Made by a program: the position numbers and the translations under genes. Below, piece by piece: positions 15,826-28,755 of a stretch of 64,000 nucleotides of DNA (positions are counted from its first letter, which is position 1; each line of letters opens with the position of its first letter). This stretch comes from the human T2T-CHM13v2.0 reference genome, Homo sapiens. A model generated the notes under the pieces. That model saw only the letters and a list, made by a program, of their open reading frames with translations, did no database searches and had not been told where the DNA came from. Location: NCBI RefSeq assembly GCF_009914755.1, contig NC_060934.1; one strand, given 5' to 3'.

Positions 15826-16214
15826 TAATTTAAAAATTTTCTCTTTTAGCTGGAAGAAAATCCTTAAAATAAATAGTGCTCAATTTTTTTTTTTTTTGGT
15901 CATTTTGGTGATGGGAAGGGTGACCAGGACACCGATGACTCTAGTAGATGATGGAATAATTAATAAAAAGGAAAAGTCCTGGGTCCTTAAAACCTGCAGA
16001 AATGAAAGAGACAGATTGTTTGTGTAGTTGTGGGGATGAGTGGGGATATATAAACAAGATTGAGACAAAAGGGGAAAGTTTTGGAGCTGTGTAATAACAC
16101 ATTAATACAATAATATATTGAGTATTAATGCAGGATATGTGGAATAATACATTCCATTGTATTTCCCAATAGCATCTATTTATCTAGGTGATATTTTTCA
16201 TGTTGACTTCTAGA

Positions 16215-16480
16215 TGCAACATAATGTAAGAGAAAAAAAACAGAAAGAGCTGGGTTTTTTTTTACTATTAATATTGCTCTGCCTCTTCAAATTTAGGTGA
16301 TAATGGCCCAATCATTTGACCTCACTAAATGTCAACTTCTTCAAATGTAAAATGAGTATGAGAAGAGCTTCTTTACTTTACTAGGTTAGGGCTTCCCTAC
16401 CTCACAAGTTTAGGTTAGATAATTGGTAGAGTACCACATTAACAAATGTAAAGTGATACCTGAATATAAGCTATCACAAT
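16215..16480 (+). mobile_element. MIR SINE remnant
   Basis: Core-like CATTTGACCTCACT…TTCTTCAAATGTAAAATGAG…CCTACCTCACA. Confidence 0.55.
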
Positions 16481-17843
16481 AATGTCAGGGTTAAAATAAT
16501 GCCTTGGGGTAGGAAATGGCAGACAGCAGCAGGATTTAAAAAAGGGTAGACAGTGAATTATCAGCATTTTCTCTCTTCTTTCCTACTAGCATCTTGGGCT
16601 TTGTTGATGACTTTGTACTTAATAGCCATATTAGAGGGAAACAAATTATGTCTCTAATTACCTTAAACTTAATAACAAAATCAAATCATCTGCCTCCATT
16701 TCAGATTACCATTTATTTCCAAAGCAATGACTCTGAAGTCTTAGAATGCCTTCAGTACAGTGGGGTAAATGAAGCCTGGAGAAGGCATCCTAGGATGTTA
16801 CTTTTCGTTCCATACTTTCCATGGGTCCGGAGCTTTCTAGGAGAATTAAATAGAAAGCATCGATTCAGCACTTCCCAGCCACAAAAATGGGGATTTCATC
16901 TAAATGGCCCATGAAGCTGTTTCACGTTAAATGCTCTCTTGTGTAGAATCTTTGTTAGAGGAAACATTATGGGACCATTTACATAGCAATTATTTCTAGT
17001 CAGGTGTAAAGAGTAACCTCATCTACTTTAGGAAACTGTTATGAAGTTCACTTAGTCTCCAACCTTCTTTCGTATGTCACCACACTTCAACATGCATGTT
17101 GTCTGGCAGAGTCAATATCTTCATACCTTGTATTAATAAGCTCTTAGAGGATCACAACTGTCTTGGAAGGGGAAAGATAGAGTGTTTCCAGAAAAGCCTG
17201 CTAGAATTTGAGGGAATTTGCTCATTATGAGTCAGGTAGCATTCTCAAATATTTCACATGAGTACTGACATTCATCCTTTCTGGGGTTCCTGGCAGATAT
17301 CGACTATTTTTATGGAATTCTTTCTCACTGAATGAAGCAAGTCCTCAGAGTCCTCCTCAAGACTAGACTCTACTTATACACTAGTAGTTAATCAGAGTTG
17401 GCATAAGAGGTAAAAAACTGTTTTATAATTTTGGATATGGAAATCTCACAGGCTTTAAAATCCAAGCAAACCTCTTGTAAATAATGGCTTCGAATACCTA
17501 TATAATGACTCTTATTCCTAAAATGAGGTAATAATATCTACAATATAAGGTTTTTGTGAGGAATGAGTGAGTGCACACGCATACATGCACACACATGCCT
17601 AGACATAATCACACTCAGACATACAGCCACTCAGATGTTATTTCACACACTATACATATCGGCAGAACTGTCTCCTTCCAGTATGATCACTTGGAAAGAC
17701 GAGGCCAAGCCAATAGACTGATTTGTACTCTAAATGTTCCAGCATACTCAATAAAGTCAGGTCCTGGCATCAGTAACTGTGGTAGTTGCCATTGACAATC
17801 CTAGGTATTAAGATATTATCCACCTTATTTAAGAATAAAAAAT

Positions 17844-17976
17844 AGCTGGGCATGGTGGCTTGTGCCTGTAGTCCCAGCTACTTGGGAGGCTAGGTGAGAG
17901 GATTGCCTGAGCCCAGGAGTTTGAGGCCAGCCTGGGCAACATAAAGAGGTCTCTCTCTCACTCTCTCTCTCTCTCT
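17844..17976 (+). mobile_element. FLAM (free left Alu monomer) with (TC)n tail
   Basis: Single Alu monomer ending GCCTGGGCAACATAAAGAG, then a CT microsatellite. Confidence 0.8.
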
Positions 17977-18149
17977 GTCTTCCTATTTCCTACCGCAAAG
18001 CATTATTTTACCCCTGACATTATTGTGATTGTGATAGCTTATATTCAGCTGTTACTTTATATTTGTTAATGTAATATTCCACCAATTATCTAACCTAAAC
18101 TTGGTATTAGTCTAACCCAGTGAAAGAGTGAGAAAGAGGCAAGTGACTT

Positions 18150-18778
18150 AATTACTAGACCCCAAAGGAAAGGAAAAATAACACAGTAGATAAAATCCAG
18201 TGTTTATAGAACCATTTACGCAACACCATGAGAAAATTTGAAAATATCCAGAAGGTAGGAAATTTAACATGACAGCTGTCCTGAATGCTTCCCAAAGTCA
18301 ATATTGTAAGCAAAAAAAAAAAAAAAAAAAAGGAGTGGAATTGGTTTTCCAAAGAGATTAAGGAGATATCTAACTCTAATGGAATATGTGAAACTTAATT
18401 GAATTTTAATTCAAAAAACAACTATTAAAATATATTTTCAAAAGCAACTGGGAAAATTTGGAGATGAGCTGGATGTTAGTAAGCCTGTATTTCCTTGGGT
18501 CTAATACTAGTGTTATAATTGTGTGTGGGAGAATACCCTAGTATTTAGAGTCATTATACTTGAAACTGATTTTCAAATTATTCAGCAGAAATACACACAA
18601 CACCTCCCTGAAAACCAGACAATGAAACACACAAGTACTACATTATATTGAAAAATCAAATATAGAAAAATGTTAATAGTAGTTGATAAGTGGTGGATAT
18701 ATGGATGTTCATTATATTACTCTTTCAACTCCTCTATATGTTCAAAATGTCTCATAATAATAAATTTTTAAAAAATTG
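18150..18778 (+). mobile_element. Ancient L1 (L1ME/L1MC4-5-like) 3' end
   Basis: GGATATATGGATGTTCATTATATTACTCTTTCAAC…CATAATAATAAATTTT terminal motif. Confidence 0.6.
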
Positions 18779-18789
18779 AAGTTATATTG

Positions 18790-18975
18790 CCTCAGTTTGA
18801 ATGCTGGCTTTACTTCTTATGTACATGGCCCTGGGCTGGGGACTTTACTATTTTGTACCTCATACTTGTCACCTGGTATTGGAAATAATAATAGTGTCTT
18901 TCTCAGTCATTATTATAAAAGCCAATGATCTAATGCATGTGTAGTTCTTAAAACAGTGCCTGAAATGTTAACTTT
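18790..18975 (+). mobile_element. MIR remnant
   Basis: GTTTGAATGCTGGCTTTAC…ATAATAGTG…TAATGCATGTG…AACAGTGCCTG. Confidence 0.55.
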
Positions 18976-20169
18976 CACTACAGAATAGAGAAAGGCTGAA
19001 GGAAGTGCTGATCTCAAGTAGAAAACTGGAAGGAGAACATTGCAAATAGTACAGCTTCTCCTTCCTCTCTATCCTGTCCATCCCAAATCTCAAGCACTTA
19101 TGATATCCAAAACAGAACATCCACATTCTTCAAAATGTGTAAGTTATGCCTTAGTTAAATTCAGTTCCAATTAACTACTTTATAAAGAGTTCTTCCCTAT
19201 CTACAGGAGACTGTGGGAATCACAGCATTGTTACTGAGATCTGCAACCCTCTCCCAAGTCCCGCACTTCCAGCTGCATTGCCTGCTCCTCGACTGCTCTG
19301 AATTTCTGTGTTCTCCTTGCCTGCTTTTGATTGCTGGAGTTGTTAATTTTGTTAAAAATTCAAGTATGTATTTAAAATTTTATTATTGTAGATACAACTT
19401 TTCAATATGTTTGTAAAGGGAGAATTTTCAGGATATCTCATGTCACATTGCCAGTAATAATATCTAAGTGAGCATAAAAGGGCAGAAAATGTTCCTGTAT
19501 GTCATTACTCGGGTCTGAAAAATTAAAACAGGGACTCATTATGTATGCAACCAAAGTTATTTCAGGTCCCCCAAACAGGATAAATCAAAGAGCTTTTGCT
19601 TCCCCAGAAATATAAATATAAAGGAAAATGTCACTGACACTTGGAAAATATATATTAACTTGAAATAAGCCTTGTGTTACAGATTGGGAAATTATCAGAT
19701 TATAACACATAGGTAAAATCATGAAGTTGAATAAAATTATTGTAAAAAAAATCATCCAGAGTAGAAGATAAAAATATGGGGAGAATTTGGAAAATTTCAA
19801 ATTTCAGTGGCAGAAACAGCAGCTACTACAGAGGTTGAAAGGAAATATTTTATAACACATGTATACATACACATGTCTATGCACATACATATAGACACAC
19901 ATATATATATGCATACATTATATTCACACAGAGTGAACTTTACTAGAAATAGGTAATTTAATTTTGTAGGTCAAAAGAGTGTTGGGTTTTATATAGCAGG
20001 GAGACCTTAAAATTTACAAACAAAAGAGACAGTAATTAAGATAAAAATTGAGAAGCAGTCATTGGACTTCATCAATAGGATAACCCTTATGAGATGAGTT
20101 TTAGTAGAATAATGGATAGGTGAAAATGTAGTGGATTGATATAAGCAGAAATACAAAATAAATTATGGA

Positions 20170-20390
20170 ATTCATACCTGTTCTTTCCTGTAATCTAGAA
20201 ACAAGCATACAAATCTTACTGTATATCACCTTTAGATTTCACATAAGCTTCTCAAAAATTAATACATCCCAAACTAAATTTGCTCTGTCTCCGTCTTTTC
20301 TTCTCCCTCCAACCCCTGAAATTGCCCTTCTCCAATACTCTGTATCTCAGTTAATGTCACTACTGTGCATTCCATTTGTAATATAAAAAC
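20170..20390 (+). mobile_element. L2 LINE fragment
   Basis: CTCAAAAATTAATACATCCCAAACTAAATT…CTGTATCTCAGTTAATGTCACTAC resembles the L2 3' region. Confidence 0.5.
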
Positions 20391-21360
20391 TGTTCAGTTG
20401 AAGATGAGAGTAGATAGCGAGACTTTAACAGCTTCTAAAGCACTCACTCATGCAAGTAGGGGTAGTTCTACCATTTTCTGGTTAGTACAAGCCTTCAGTC
20501 TGTGGAGGCAGAAAGGAGGGATAAAACCATTTTTACAAAATTTTCAACCTGCCATTTTGTTACACATGGCTTGTTGAAGGGATTGATTGCAATCCTTATC
20601 TTGGTTTCATAGCTGTAGAGTCAATACTTTTCCCAGATTTAGACAAGCAGTTGGGTCTTACTCCTGGGGCTGTTTTATTTTTATCTTTCTCAAATGCTTC
20701 ATAAATATTGGAGCAGAATGTATATCTATGGTCAGCTAGCTAAACGTTATTTTGCACTAGAAGTCACCCCTCTGATTTATTTCTTTTCCTCAAATACAGT
20801 GTGTGTATATATATATGTATTTATATATCTTTAGGTTTCCAAATAAGTTAATTAAGGTATTGATTAGGATTGCACTATTCTGTAATTTAATTTTGGAATT
20901 TGTATACCAAATACACTGATGATATCATTAAAGAAAGTATCAACTCGATCAACTTGTTCAAAGCCAAGATGTGATGTAACTCTTTTAGTGGTAATAGGAT
21001 AAGCAAATATATGCAGTCAATTGCACAAAGGGGAAGAAAGTACAATAGAATCAAGAAAAGGATGTAGTTTCCAGGTCCCCAACATCCCCCATAAGTGTGT
21101 AGAGTTGTGACTGATACCCCTCTGGCGAAGTGGCAGTTCTGCCAGTTTTCCCTTCCTGATCACTTTCCACTTTACTTCCTTACCCTTCTGGTGAGTACCT
21201 GCCTTTCTGCTCAGCAAGTATAACAAATAGTTTCATGGCAACCCCAGCTTATCCCTCAGTGTTCCCAGGGAGACAGGGCAGAGCAGGTCAATTTTTTTAG
21301 AAGCACCCTCAGCAGCCCAAGCTCCAGTTGTTGAGAGATCCATTGAAAAAAAAAAAAATG

Positions 21361-21532
21361 GGCTGGGTGCAGTGCCTTATGCCTGTAATCCCAGTGGTTT
21401 GGAAGGCCTGCACAGGAGGATTGCTTGAGGCCAGCAGTTCAGCCAGGAGTTCAAGTCCAGCCTGGACAACAGAGCAAGACCCTTATTTGAGAGAGGGAGA
21501 GAGAGAGAAAAAGAGAGGGAGAGAGAGAATAA
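21361..21532 (+). mobile_element. FLAM_C-like Alu monomer with (GA)n tail
   Basis: Single monomer with internal duplication GCCAGCAGTTCA/GCCAGGAGTTCA; flanking direct repeat GAGAGATCCA. Confidence 0.8.
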
Positions 21533-22309
21533 GAGAGATCCAGTTCAAAATATTCCTCTTCAGAAAATATCTTTACATTTGTTCATATCTTCTTTCAACT
21601 CTTTCCTTAAAAGTGGTTTGTTTCTGCAATCCCATAGACTCTGTATATTTCTTACTATAATTATAACTAGGGAATTTATGGTTTTGTAGCAAGTTCAAAG
21701 AGATTCCTTATTTTCTATATATCTTGTAATGGAATATTGATTTTGTTTATAAATGCTTATTACATATAAATACCCCCTTTCCTATCACTATGTAACCTAT
21801 AAAACTATTTAACAACCTGCTGCCCTCAGTCAAAAATCTTCCCTCTACCTGCTTTTACTGCCTCTCCTCCCTTACAACATTGGAGGTAAGGCAGGAAATA
21901 GAATAAGCAGCAAAAATGGGACATGTTACTTGCTTAAAAAGGGGATATAGATGGCTTCAATAATTGGATGGAAATAGCAGTGAGTTGTTTAAAAAGAAAA
22001 ATAAGGAAAAAAAAAGCTTGGTGTTATTAGAATTTTTTAAGTTATGTATTTTTTTCCTCAAATTAAATTTTCCCTCACATATTTTTTCCTGCTAGAGAAA
22101 AGGTTTTATAAGATCACAAAGGTTTTATAAGATCAAAAATTATAATTATATGTGTATATGTATGTGTATATATATGCAAATATAGAGTATCTCAGGGAAA
22201 TAACACAAGGAACTTTTAATCATGTTTTTTCTTTTTTATATTTTATTTTTAAAATATATACAAATTTTATTACATTTGTCAATTATATCTCAATAAAGCT
22301 AGAAAATGT

Positions 22310-23637
22310 TTTCACTTTATTTTTTAACTAATTTTAGATTTAGGGGTAGATGTGCAGGTTTATTATATAGGTAAATTTCATGTTGCAGAGGTTTGATGTA
22401 CATATTCTTTCATTACCCAGGCAATAAGCATAGTACTTGATAGATAGACTTTTGATCCTGAACCTCCTCCCTCTCTCCAACGTCAAGTGTCCCCTGGTGT
22501 CTATTGTTCCTTTCTTTGTGTCACAGTGTACTCGATGTTTAGCTTCCACTTATAAGCAAGAACATGTGGCTTTTGGTTTTCTGTTTCTGTGTTAGTTCAT
22601 GGAGGATAATGGCCTCCAGCTCCATCCGTGTTCCTTGGATATTATCATATCCTTGATAATATCATATCAAGGATATGATATTATTCTTTTTATGGCTGTA
22701 TAGCATTCCGTGGTGTATATGTACCACATTTTCTTTATCCAGTCTACCAGTGATGGGCATCTAGGTTGATTCCATGTCTTTGCCATTATGAATAGTGCTG
22801 CGATAAACATACACAGGCAGGTGTCTTTGTGGTAGAATGATTTATATTCCTTTGGTTATATACCCAGTAATGGAATTTCTGGATCAAATAGTAATTCTGT
22901 TTTAAGTTCTCTGAACAATCGCCAAACACTTCCCACAGTGGCTGAACTAACTTGCATTCTTTAGTTTAATTAGGTGTCATTTGTCAATTTTTGTTTTTGT
23001 TGCAATTGCTTTTGGCATTTTCTTTATGAACTTGTTGCCAGGGCCCATGTCCAGAATGGTATTTTATGTTTTTTACCAGAATTTTTATAGTCTTAGGTTT
23101 TACATTTAAGTCTTTAATCCATCTTGAGTTGATTTTTGTGTATGGTGTAAAGATGAGGTTCAGTTTCAATCTTCTGCATATGGCTAGCTAGTTATCCCAG
23201 CATGATTTATTGAATAGGGAGTCTTTTCCCCATTGCTTGTTTTTGTCAACTTTGTCAAATATCAGATGGTTTTAGGTGTGTGGCTTTATTCCTGGGATCT
23301 CTATTCTGTTCCATTGATTTATGTGTCTGTTTTTGGACTGGTACCATGATGTTTTGGTTACTGTAGCCTTTTAGTATAGTTTGAAGTCAGGTAATGTGAT
23401 GCCTCCAGCTTTGTTCTTTTTGCTTACAATTGTCTATTCAGGCTCTTTTTTAGTTGCATTTGAAATTTAGAATAGCTTTTTCTAATTCTGTTAAAAATGT
23501 TGCTGGTAGTTTAATAGGAATAGTATTGAAATAATTTGTTTTGGGCAGTATGGCCATTTAAACAATATTGATGTGTCCTATCCAGAAGCATGAAATATTT
23601 TTGCACTTGTGTCATCTCTGATTGCTTTCAGCAGTGC
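22310..23637 (-). mobile_element. 5'-truncated L1PA15/16-like element with internal deletion
   Basis: Antisense L1PA-type 3'UTR and ORF2 C-terminus (ORF 22984-23169, [27 protein letters not shown]). Jump at ~22958 (TTGCATTC|TTTAGTTTAATT) removes several hundred bp. Confidence 0.85.
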
Positions 23638-24379
23638 TCTTACATATTTTTAATGTTTAAACACGCTAATTTTTAAAACAGATATTCAGTAATTTCAAGA
23701 ATTTTGAATACTAGGAAGTCTCTCTCATATAAAGTCTACCACTGGAAGTAGTCTAAACCCAATTTAAGAACAGGTATTTTAAAAAATTAGCTTCTCTTTA
23801 CACTGCCATCATGACTTCCAGCCAATCTTTTTGGCTCTGCCCTCTCAAGCTATTAAGATAAAATTTTTGCTAACATTTATATATTCAGCAGCAAAGGTCA
23901 TGGTGTCTACAATTTCACATCTTCTAGTGACAGCTTTGCAGGTCACTTCAATTTGTCCAAACAGTACTCTGTCTTGAGTTTCTGCCTTGCAAGTGTCTAA
24001 GGATGGTAAATGCACAATAAAAAGGATGAAAGAGCCTAAAATGAGAGTCAAGGAGTCTGCTTTTTATGATTATATACAAACAGACCTGATTTTGAAATAT
24101 CTGCTAAACATTAAAAGCCAAGTTCTAGATTCCAATGTTTAATTATGAATATATTATATTTTTTAAAACAGAGAGATACTATCTCATCCTTACATCCTTA
24201 CTGTCCTGCAATCCTCTCTCAAGGCATACTGTCTGTTCTGGAAAAACAAAACAAAACAAAGCAAACAAACAAACAAAAAAAATGGAAAAAATGAGAAAGA
24301 CATTGTTGAAAATTCACTTTAAGAAGAAGTTGTTTTCTAACTTTAAATAGATAATTATAATTACATAGATATATGTTAT

Positions 24380-24760
24380 TGTATTAGTCTGTTCTCACAC
24401 TGCTATGGAGAATTACCTGAGAATTGGTAATTTATAAAGGAAAGAGGTTTAATTTGTTCACCATTCTTCATTGCTGGGGAAGCCTCAGGAAAATTACAGT
24501 CATGGCGGAAGGCAAAGGAAAAGCAGGCATCTCCTTCACAGGGTGGCGGGACAGCGTGAGTGCAAGCAGGGGAAATGCCAGACACTTTATAAAACCATGA
24601 GATCTCCTGAGAACTCACTCACGATCACAAGAATAGCATGGGGGAAACCACCCAAGATCCAGTTTTCCCTCCACCTGGTCCTACCCTTGACACGTGAGGA
24701 TTATGGGGATTACAATTTGAAATGAGGATTTGGGTGGGGATACAGAGCCAAACCATATCA
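24380..24760 (-). mobile_element. THE1 (THE1D-like) MaLR solo LTR
   Basis: Termini TGTATTAGTC…CCAAACCATATCA with perfect 5-bp TSD GTTAT (24375-24379 / 24761-24765). Confidence 0.92.
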
Positions 24761-24765
24761 GTTAT

Positions 24766-24880
24766 ACATATTATACATATATGTTATATATATGTATATA
24801 ACTTATACATAGACGTTATATACGTATATAACTTTTACGTTATATACGTATATAACTTATACATATATGTTATATATAAT
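24766..24880. repeat. AT-rich minisatellite with palindromic units
   Basis: GTTATATACGTATATAAC at 24815-24832 and 24839-24856. Confidence 0.85.
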
Positions 24881-24988
24881 TCAGATGAAATCACTACTGC
24901 TAATCCAAATACCTTACCACTTGCTGAGAAGTAACAGAACAGAATATCATGGATTTTGAGTAAAGCAGAGCTAAGCTGGATGCTTGGC

Positions 24989-25482
24989 TTTTCTATATTT
25001 TTAATTTTTCTGGGTATATAATAGGTGTATTTATTTATGAGGTACATGAAATGTTTTGATACAGGCATACAATGCCTAATAATCACATCATGGAAAACAG
25101 GTATCTATCCCCTCAAGCATTTATCCTTTGTGTTACAAACAACCCAATTATACTCTTTTAATTACTTTAAAATATACAATTATTGTTGACTACAGTCACC
25201 CTGTTGTGGTATCAAATAGTAGGTCTTATGCATTCTTCTCATTTTTTGTACCCATTAACCAACCCACATCCTCCTTGCCCCCCAGTACCCTTCCCAGCCT
25301 CTGGTAACCATCCTTCTACTCTCCATGTTCATGAGTTCAATTGCTTTGAATTTTAGATCCCACAAATAAGTGAGAAAATATGTTTGTCTCTGTTCTGGCT
25401 TATTTCACTTAACCTAATGATCTCCAGTTCCATGCATGTTGTTGCAAATGACAGGATCTCATTCTTCTTTATGGCTGAATAG
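24989..25482 (-). mobile_element. Short 5'-truncated L1MA (L1MA1-3-like) 3' end inserted in a MIR
   Basis: Same 3'UTR type as the 3797 element; MIR-like sequence on both sides (24920-24988 and 25490-25680). Confidence 0.85.
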
Positions 25483-25489
25483 CATACAA

Positions 25490-25950
25490 CTATTGCTATA
25501 TAAATTTGGAAAAGATACTTAGCCTTTCTGAGTCACAGTTTCTTCTTCTGATGAAAGACAATAATTGTGCAGATTTCAGACTTTCCATGGGTTGATGAAA
25601 TTAAATGTAGTAATGCACAGAAAGGGCCTAGCATAGTGCCTGGTACAGAGGAGGGGTGCAATAAGGGTTAGCATCACTTACTAATTACTTACATTAGCTA
25701 CTAGATGGATTATAGAATAATGATTAAGGTTTTGCAGTAAGACTTCCTCGGTGCAAATCCCAGCTTCACTACTTAGTGTTTATGGGATAAGGTACAAATT
25801 ACTCAAGTTCTCTATTTCTTTGTTTCCTCATTTGTAAAATAGGAATAACAATAGTTTTTAATATGATGAAACTGTTCCCAGAATTATTTAATTGATACTT
25901 GAGAAAGTTGGAGCACTTCATAGAATATTATGTAATAAATGTTAGTTACT
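25490..25950 (+). mobile_element. Two adjacent MIR remnants
   Basis: AGCATAGTGCCTGGTACAGAG; GGTGCAAATCCCAGCTTCACTACTTAG…GTTTCCTCATTTGTAAAATAGGAATAAC. Confidence 0.75.
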
Positions 25951-26565
25951 GTTGCACCAATAATGCATATGAAGTGGATGCCAATATTCTCACCAATCTT
26001 TATAAGTAGAAGCAATAGACAGAAGAATGTTCTGTACAGATGAGATGAAAATACCCACACAAAAGATGGGTTTCTGATCTTGAATCTGCTGCTTAAAATC
26101 TATGAGATGTTCAAAATACTTCTCATCCTTGTACTGGTTTCCTTAGCTGTAAAATGAAAGGTTTGGGCTTACAGCTTCGGTTATTAATGACTTTAGAAAA
26201 TTCGATAGTACAGGTACTCAATACATGTTTAATTATGTTTTAAAATAGTGACTAAAATGGGAAAGTATATGCAAAGGTAATAGATGTTGTTTTTTCTTAT
26301 CCACTTTGTGGCAGATAGTATTGAAGGCATTTGGCATACATTTTCAAAACTTAATCTAAAAATCTAAAATATTGGAGATTATCATTCCCAGCTTTTCAAA
26401 CTATGGAATTAAAACTCATGACATTAATATTTTTTCCCAAAGTAATAGATAATAAACAACAGATGCAGTATTTTTTCTGTCTTAATCCAAAGATCACATT
26501 TCTATGATATCTCCTGGTAAAATGTACATTATTATGCTGTGGGAAAAGTTGATAAAATTTATGAA

Positions 26566-27065
26566 GTATATTTATTTTTTCTTGCTGCTATAACAAATTA
26601 CCACAAAGCTAGTGGTTTTGTATAGCACGAATTTATTATCTTACTGATCTGTAACTCAGAAGTTCCAAGTTCTGTAACTTTCCAATGCAGGTTTCACTGA
26701 GCTAAAATGAAGGCACTGGCAGTGCTGCATTTCCTTGTGGAGGCTTTAGGGAAGAGTCAGTTTCCTTGCCTCTTCTAGCTTCTAGAGGCTACCTGCATTC
26801 TTTGACTCACGGCCCTTTCCTCCATTTTCAAAATCAGAAACATTGCATCTCTGTGACCATTCTTCCATACTAAAAGATCCTTCTGGGCATCACAGCATGG
26901 AAAGGTTATTTGATTTTAAATACCCTTGTAATTAGATTGGACTCTCCCCAGGTAGCCTATGACAATCTCCCATCTGTCAGGTCCCTTTTGCCATTCAAAG
27001 TAACATACACAAGTTTCAGGGATTAAGACATGGACATCTTTGGCCATCGCATTCTGCCTCCCACA
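26566..27065 (-). mobile_element. MLT1 (MLT1C/D-like) MaLR LTR
   Basis: GCTGCTATAACAAATTACCACAAA…CTTCTAGAGGC…GGGATTAAGACATGGACATCTTTGG…CCACA. Confidence 0.85.
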
Positions 27066-27069
27066 AGTA

Positions 27070-27990
<921 letters not shown>

Positions 27991-28483
27991 TAGAAAAATA
28001 GAAGGCAAAATTTCTAATTGTGAGGCTGAGTGTTGATGGCATGCCCCATTTTGCACACAAAGTTTCAGCAAACACAGGACTTATTAGTTTCAGAGTTTTA
28101 AGGAAATATCTTTCTATTTATTAGTTGACCACTAAGCTGACCAAACACAGACTTCAGTGCCTATACATGACAAATATAGACTTTTGAAGAATTAGTTTTA
28201 AAAAGGTGCTAAATTAAAAACAAACTGTAGTAGCAAACATGACAAAACTGGGAAGGGAATATTTGATTTCTAGACTTGCAATTATATGGTTGAAAATTTC
28301 CATTTGCTTTGTTATTCAACAACAACAACAAAATAAGACACATGGAGAAGCAAGGAAGTATGATCTATAAATTAAACAAAAAAACAATCAGCGGGTACTG
28401 TCACTTAAGGAGACTCTGACATTGCACTTACTAGGCAAAGATCTAATGGGTTATTTTAATACGTTCAAATAACTATAGGAAAT

Positions 28484-28695
28484 TCAGGAATTTGAGAGCA
28501 GCCTGAGCAACAGAGTAAGACCATATTTCTACAAATTATTTTAATTATCCTGGTGTGGTGGCATGCACCTGTAGTCCTAGGGGCTCAGGAAGCTGAGGCA
28601 GGAGGATCACTTGAGCTCAGAAGTTCAAGGTTACAGTGAGCTATGATTATGGCAGTGCTCTCCAGCATGAACAATGGAGGAAAGAAAAAGAAAGA
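28484..28695 (+). mobile_element. 5'-truncated AluJ
   Basis: Partial left arm plus right arm with J-type GGATCACTTGAGCTCAG…GTGAGCTATGATT. Confidence 0.8.
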
Positions 28696-28755
28696 GGAAG
28701 GAAGGAAGGAAGGAAGGAAGGAAGGAAGGAAGGAAGGAAGGAAGGAAGGAAGGAA
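28696..28755 (+). repeat. (GGAA)15 microsatellite
   Basis: 15 uninterrupted GGAA units at the Alu tail. Confidence 0.97.

Noticed and set aside
15990-21205. Isolated strong splice-like motifs (minus acceptor at 15994-15996, plus acceptor near 19206, donors near 19140 and 21180-21205)
   Set aside because: No consistent strand, paired sites or open coding frame; such motifs are expected by chance in 64 kb.
21010-21340. GC-richer block, possibly an exon or ancient transposon
   Set aside because: Could not match it to a family or a protein; left unannotated.
24640-24680. Possible DUX4 site in the THE1 LTR
   Set aside because: The expected TGATT-type motif position reads AAGATCCAGTTTT; the motif is not intact.
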